From Candidatus Micrarchaeia archaeon (GTDB lineage: Archaea > Micrarchaeota > Micrarchaeia > CAILAH01), in the NCBI GenBank assembly GCA_038874595.1, contig JAVZCB010000001.1:96001-160000 (forward strand): DNA of 64,000 nucleotides, given 5' to 3'. Below the pieces are notes generated by a model, which saw only the letters and a program-made list of their open reading frames with translations, had not been told where the DNA came from and searched no databases. This document shows, piece by piece, positions 58,654 to 64,000 of this stretch (positions are counted from its first letter, which is position 1; the number at the start of each line of letters is the position of its first letter). The translations under genes were made by a program, and so were the position numbers.

Positions 58654-58750
58654 TCAGGTATCTATAAATCAAAGGATGTTACGCATATGCCAATATAAGT
58701 ATGCTTATTATTTTTTATATTCCATATTTGGTTCTGGCAAGGTGCTGCTT

Positions 58751-59719
58751 ATGATACAGGAGCGTGGTTTATTTGGCCTTAATATGACCATATTGGTTAC
58801 GTCAGTGTTGGTGTTTGGTGTAATCGCAGGTATACTTGGCGTGATATTGCTTTATGCTGGTGTTACAGGGGAAGGTGCAATACTGCTTTGGCTTATTATA
58901 TCGTTCCTTATGATATTCTTGCAGTGGTATTTTGGACCCGCGCTTATACGCTTTGTGACCGGTGCCCGAGAGGTTAAGCCTGAGGAGGCACCTAAGCTGC
59001 ACGCTATGCTTGACCGGCTGAGTAGTGAAGCCGGCATCCCAAAGCCGAAACTCTATGTAGTTAACAACCGCACACCCAATGCATTTGCATTCGGTAGGAC
59101 ACAGGGCAGCTCAGGCATTGCCGTGCACACTGGTCTTCTTGAAGTGCTTAATGAGGATGAAGTGGAAGCTGTGCTGGCACACGAGGTTGGCCATATCAAG
59201 CACCGTGACGTGCTGGTGATGACAGTTGCAAGCTCGCTTCCTGTGATGTTATATTACGCAGTGCTCATATTTGGAGGTGGTAATGACCGCGAGCGCGGGC
59301 TCGGTAGCATAATGCTTACGTTTATAGGAGCAATAATTGCACAGCTCATAGGTCAGCTGATGGTGATGTGGCTGTCAAGAAGGCGTGAGTATTATGCAGA
59401 TGCATTTGCAGCGTATGCCACCCGTAAGCCGGAACTGCTTATGAGCGCACTTGCGAAAATCACTTACAAGGCAGGCCCGGAGCCTGCAGCGTCTGGCTTA
59501 TCTTCACTTTATATTGCAGACCCGTCACCCCCAGAGAAGGAAAAAGTGGCTGAAATTGCCCGTGCGCTGGGTACAGGCAATCCTGCGCTTATTGAAAGTG
59601 CAATACAGAATGAGGTGCAAAAAGCTGGTGTTTTTGAGATATTCATGACACATCCGCTTACTGCAAAGAGACTCGCTGCACTCTGGGAGATTAAAAAAGA
59701 GAATGAATTTGCAGCATAA
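58751..59719 (+). CDS. htpX: Zinc metalloprotease HtpX
   Basis: PNAFAFG, AHEVGH, SRRREYYAD, THP. Confidence 0.92.
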   Translation: MIQERGLFGLNMTILVTSVLVFGVIAGILGVILLYAGVTGEGAILLWLIISFLMIFLQWYFGPALIRFVTGAREVKPEEAPKLHAMLDRLSSEAGIPKPKLYVVNNRTPNAFAFGRTQGSSGIAVHTGLLEVLNEDEVEAVLAHEVGHIKHRDVLVMTVASSLPVMLYYAVLIFGGGNDRERGLGSIMLTFIGAIIAQLIGQLMVMWLSRRREYYADAFAAYATRKPELLMSALAKITYKAGPEPAASGLSSLYIADPSPPEKEKVAEIARALGTGNPALIESAIQNEVQKAGVFEIFMTHPLTAKRLAALWEIKKENEFAA

Positions 59720-59782
59720 GAGCTTATGTATGATATGAAAGCTGTAATAAATATAGGTACCTGGCTAGTATGAGTGGTGTAT

Positions 59783-61087
59783 ATGGTTAAAAAGCAGGAA
59801 CTTAAGCGTGAACTGGGCCTGTTCCAAGTTACAATGGCAGGTGTTGGATATATTTTAGGTGCAGGTATTTACGTGCTAATTGGTTTAGCTGCGGGCTATG
59901 CAGGTAATGCAACGTGGATTTCTTTCTTGTTAGGTTCTTTTGCAGCAATATTTACAGGACTTTCATATGCGGAATTGAGCTCTATGATGCCACGCAACGC
60001 CAGTGAGTTCCTTTATGGAAAGCGCTCACTGGGTGAACTGTTCGGGTTTTTTGGGGCGTTTATGATGATGTTTTCAGCCATACTTGCATCAACGTCAGTG
60101 GCGCTTGGGTTTGCAAAGTATTTTTCATCGATGTTTGGTACGGACTCTATCGTACTGATTGCAGCAGGCATTATCATTTTGCTTACATACATTAACTGGA
60201 AGAGCATAAAGGGCAGCTCAAACCTTAACATATTGTGTACTTTTGCAGAACTCGGAGGTCTGCTCATAATAATTGCGCTTGCATTGTTATATGGCAGTTC
60301 AGTTGACTTATTTGAGATGCCGAACGGCTTTGGTGGTGTGTTTAAGGGTGCTGCATTGGTGTTCTTTGCATACCTCGGGTTTGAAGGGCTGGTTAAGTTG
60401 GCAGAAGAGACAAAAGAGCCACATAAAACAATTCCACAGGCGCTTGTTCTCTCAATAATAATAACTTCGCTGGTATATATTGCAGTGGCAATTTCAGCAG
60501 TAAGTGTACTTGATTGGCATGAGCTTGCCGCATCAAAAGCACCATTGGCGGATGTTGCCTCAAAAGTTATGGGAAGTAATGCGTTTATACTTCTAAGCAT
60601 AATTGCACTGTTTTCAACAGCCAACACTGTATTGATGGGGCTCGTGACATCTTCTCGCGGGCTTTACGGCCTTGCAACAGAATTCAAAAAGATAGGTGTT
60701 TTTGCAAGAGTGGGCAATACGGGCACACCAACCAACGCAGTTGTTATTACTGCCATCGTTGCAATATTGTTTTTGCTTATAGGGAGCATTTCTATTGTAG
60801 CGGAGCTTACAAACTTTACAATATTCATGACTTTTATTATAGTAAACCTATCTGTAATATTCCTCCGGTTAAAGGAACCACGAGCCAAGAGGCCGTTTAA
60901 AGTGCCGCTTAGCATTGGGCGTGTGCCTATACTGCCCGTGCTTGGGATTCTTACAGTTATATTCCTAACACTTAATCTTGAACCGTATGTTATCATAGGT
61001 GGGATAATTTTTAGCCTGCTTGTAGTGCCTCTTTATTATTTTATTAGGAATCACGGTGGCAGAACAAAAAATAGGAAAACTATTTAA
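59783..61087 (+). CDS. APC family amino acid permease
   Basis: LKRELGL, ILGAGIY, SYAELSS, FFAYLGFE, RPFKVP. Confidence 0.93.
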   Translation: MVKKQELKRELGLFQVTMAGVGYILGAGIYVLIGLAAGYAGNATWISFLLGSFAAIFTGLSYAELSSMMPRNASEFLYGKRSLGELFGFFGAFMMMFSAILASTSVALGFAKYFSSMFGTDSIVLIAAGIIILLTYINWKSIKGSSNLNILCTFAELGGLLIIIALALLYGSSVDLFEMPNGFGGVFKGAALVFFAYLGFEGLVKLAEETKEPHKTIPQALVLSIIITSLVYIAVAISAVSVLDWHELAASKAPLADVASKVMGSNAFILLSIIALFSTANTVLMGLVTSSRGLYGLATEFKKIGVFARVGNTGTPTNAVVITAIVAILFLLIGSISIVAELTNFTIFMTFIIVNLSVIFLRLKEPRAKRPFKVPLSIGRVPILPVLGILTVIFLTLNLEPYVIIGGIIFSLLVVPLYYFIRNHGGRTKNRKTI

Positions 61088-61110
61088 GATATACTTTTTC
61101 CAAAAAATCT

Positions 61111-61695
61111 ATGAAGTTAAGGTATAGATATCCATCGGATTTAACAGCAAAGAACTGTAATGAGTTAGCTACTAACAGAAAAGAGTACGTAAAAGCACTG
61201 GCTTCAAGGTATTTCAGGCTCCAGCATGGGAAAAGCATACTTTTAAAAAAACAAAAAGAATACAATAACGATCAGCAGAATCAGGATATATTGACATTGC
61301 AATTGTGGAAAAATCACAATAAGATCCGTAAGCAGGAAGCGATGTTGCTCGCTACAATTAAAAATAAATCAGACTTCTATTCTGCTTTGCAAGGTGTTTA
61401 TGACGATTACAAAAATCACGAGGTAAAACTCAAGGAATCCCTATTGAAAAATCATATTATGTATGCGATCATAATGTTCCAGATATTTCTTAATGGTATA
61501 ATTGTTTATTGTAAAGAGCTTTCAGCAAAAGTGGCAATTTTTATTGGGGGTGCGGGAGTTTTTACAATATTTGCAGGAATGAGCAGTTTTTTGGATTCTC
61601 TGCATAAAAATAAGGATTATAAATTACTTGAAACAACCTATAACCGAACAATTGAAAAGTTTACAGAGATTTTTAAAGATAGAGGGTTTATATAG
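61111..61695 (+). CDS. Hypothetical membrane protein (2 TM), possible distant paralog of 31443-32105
   Basis: Shared A.RYF.L and T(I/V)K...D segments and topology. Confidence 0.6.
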   Translation: MKLRYRYPSDLTAKNCNELATNRKEYVKALASRYFRLQHGKSILLKKQKEYNNDQQNQDILTLQLWKNHNKIRKQEAMLLATIKNKSDFYSALQGVYDDYKNHEVKLKESLLKNHIMYAIIMFQIFLNGIIVYCKELSAKVAIFIGGAGVFTIFAGMSSFLDSLHKNKDYKLLETTYNRTIEKFTEIFKDRGFI

Positions 61696-62275
61696 AGAAA
61701 TAAATTAAGAAATTCTAATATTTTATTAGAATTGATAGAATCAAGCAATTTTTTAGATTTTCTAAAAAGATATGGGTTTTATGTTTTAAAACTGTTTTAA
61801 TCTATACCAACTGTTGATTTTTTTGGTAAACACAATGGGATAAAATACTTTATTGATAAACCGATTTGGAAGCTATAAACTCCTTTTTAAAAAGTTGATT
61901 TACCATTATGATGTTTAATGAAAATTTTTGATAGTACAACCTTGCTTGCAGCCCAAACTGGACCAGAAACAATGAAAACAGCTGGTGAGAAGGGTTTTTG
62001 TTTACTGCATCAGTAACTGTGCCAGCATTGCTGAAAATGCTGTTTACTTAAGCAGTTTACGATTTTTTACTTACTAAAATTTACGACGGAGAAAAGAGTT
62101 TGCATCTTTGGTCCAGTTTTGGCCTGTGTACTAGGGGTAAATGCAAAAATAGTTATAAAAAATATTTTTGAATATTATATTAGATTTTCTAATAGTTTTT
62201 TAGAAAACAATATTCAAAAATAATATTCAAAATAATTAAAAGATAGAAAACCCAAAGGGTGCTAAAACTTTTTCT

Positions 62276-62830
62276 CTATCTCTTTAAAGAGCCAAGTGCA
62301 AATTTAATAAACTCGCTTAATGTGCCACCACCATTATGGTTCCACACTTTTGCAAGCTCCTTGTACTCATCCACTTCTTTTTTGTATTCTGAAAGGTGCT
62401 TTTCATATTGCGCTCTCTCATGTACTCCGGGGACCCAATGATAAGGGCATGCGCGGGAGTTTAAGCTTTGAAACCCTTCCTTTGTGGGCGAGAATGGATA
62501 GGTGCGGCAGAGCATAGGCCTGCTCTGATAGATTGAACAGCCCTCTGAAAAATAAAACAGGCATATGCGGTTATTATGAAGCTCTTTTTCCATATAAGCG
62601 GGATAGGCAGGGCCAATCCGCTTGTTATAAAGCTCTTTCCACTTAAGCACGATTAAAGAGCTCCCCTTCAATAAGGACAGCTGGCTCTGGGCGTTCCCGG
62701 CCTTCCTGCTCTGGGATCACGTGCAAAAAGTCTTCAGGTTCTAATCCAGTGGCTTTCTTTATTCTAAGAATATCATATGGATTAACACAAACCTTTAATT
62801 GTGTGTAATACCTTCCACAATGAAATCATC
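62276..62830 (-). pseudogene. YkgJ family cysteine-cluster protein, frameshifted
   Basis: CLFY...CSIYQSRPMLCRTYPF; upstream VNPYDILRIKKATG in another frame; N-terminal Cys motif degraded. Confidence 0.8.
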
Positions 62831-62921
62831 AGGTCGTTTTAATTATATTGACGATTTCCATGGGGTTATATAATATATTCTAACATAATGTTAGAATTTC
62901 TAAATCTTTTTGAATAGATGC

Positions 62922-64000
62922 TTATTCAATTCGCATCAATAATGAATTTGAAACAACAGATATTGAGCTAAAAACCATTGCTATTCCAGCAATTACTGGA
63001 TTAAGAAGAAATCCATTAATTGGGTAAAGAACACCCATGGCAACCGGAATACTTACTATATTGTAGAAAAATGCCCAGAACAGATTTTGTTTTATCTTCT
63101 CATAGACGTACTTGCTGAGCTGTACCGCCGTAACAAGATCTGTCAAATTGTTCTTTACAAGAACAACGTTACCACTTTCTATGGCAACATCTGTTCCAGC
63201 ACCTATTGCAACCCCTATGTTCGCCTGAGCAAGTGCAGGCGCATCGTTTATGCCATCTCCAACAAATGCAACCTTTTTCCCTGAAGACTGTAATTCCCTT
63301 ACCCTAGCAGCCTTCTCATGTGGGAGTACGTTTGAAAGCACCTCATCTATTCCAGCCTCTTTTGCAATTGCCTGTGCAACCTGCTTATTATCTCCTGTTA
63401 TCATCATGGTTTTATATCCAAGAGAGTGAAGTTTTGCTATTGTCACACGTGAATCTTCCTTTATTGTATCTGCTATCGCAAGCAACCCTATAATCCTATT
63501 GTTGACTGCAACAAAAACAACCGTTTTACCTTGTAATTCAAGCTTACGATATATTGATTCATAAACAATTCCCTTAATCTTGTGCATGCTCATTAAAGCA
63601 ATGTTCCCAATTAGTACCTTCTTTCCTGAAACAACTGCTGCAATCCCATACCCTTCAATAGCATTAAAGTGAGAGGACTTAAGGATACGAACTTTTGCGT
63701 CCTTTGCTTTATTAACAATTGCCTGAGCAAGAGGATGCTCTGAGTTTTTTTCTGCTGATGCTGCGATTATAAGCAGTTCTTTCTGAGAACCTATAACTGG
63801 GATGATATCCGTAACAACTGCCTTCCCTTTAGTTATCGTACCTGTCTTATCCAGAATAATCGTGTCAACCTTGTGAAGGTTTTCAAGACTCTCAGCATCT
63901 TTGAAAAGAATACCTTTATCAGCACCCTTACCAGTACCGAGTACAATGGCAGTTGGAGTGGCAAGACCCATAGCACACGGACACGCGATTATGATGGTTG
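62922..64000 (-). CDS. copA: Cu(I)-type P1B ATPase, 3' part (runs off window end)
   Basis: [33 protein letters not shown]...P, MVFSS. Confidence 0.93.
   Translation of the reverse strand, partial: TIIIACPCAMGLATPTAIVLGTGKGADKGILFKDAESLENLHKVDTIILDKTGTITKGKAVVTDIIPVIGSQKELLIIAASAEKNSEHPLAQAIVNKAKDAKVRILKSSHFNAIEGYGIAAVVSGKKVLIGNIALMSMHKIKGIVYESIYRKLELQGKTVVFVAVNNRIIGLLAIADTIKEDSRVTIAKLHSLGYKTMMITGDNKQVAQAIAKEAGIDEVLSNVLPHEKAARVRELQSSGKKVAFVGDGINDAPALAQANIGVAIGAGTDVAIESGNVVLVKNNLTDLVTAVQLSKYVYEKIKQNLFWAFFYNIVSIPVAMGVLYPINGFLLNPVIAGIAMVFSSISVVSNSLLMRIE

Noticed and set aside
587-63284. Numerous antisense and alternate-frame ORFs in the track (e.g. 3877-4392, 14549-15121, 23509-24273, 32963-33541, 60013-60627)
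   Set aside because: Shadow ORFs of well-supported genes, with no motifs or start signals of their own

Overview
Archaeal chromosome segment, most likely DPANN and Micrarchaeota-like. The inference rests on PolD dp1/dp2, rpoL-csl4, rpl40e, Elp3, GGGPS/DGGGPS and tRNAs with 59/60 T-loop BHB introns. Most of it is ordinary housekeeping DNA. Five things stand out. (1) The polC-mgtA interval holds two cargo cassettes in tandem. They are separated by a junction made of a diverged mgtA 3' end (14201-14278) fused to a diverged polC 3' end (14319-14522), and no integrase is present. Cargo A is RmuC plus a three-gene GHKL-ATPase operon. Cargo B is a half-length FtsZ plus a DpnA-like MTase and an unknown partner gene. 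(2) A fluoride (crcB) riboswitch with a visible anti-RBS sits in front of an unannotated 50-aa Zn-binding microprotein, a dynamin-like GTPase and a 2-TM protein, rather than a fluoride exporter. (3) All four tRNA genes are interrupted, with six introns in total. The tRNA-Val(CAC) intron is 386 nt with 3.3 copies of a 72-nt unit, and the tRNA-Pro(CGG) intron has a duplicated related hairpin module. (4) A decaying metal-resistance island is integrated at tRNA-Leu, with an integrase remnant and a 10-bp att-like repeat. (5) A Na/Pi cotransporter is split by one in-frame TAG. No CRISPR array or rRNA operon was seen. All identities and pairings were counted by eye; no database searches were run.
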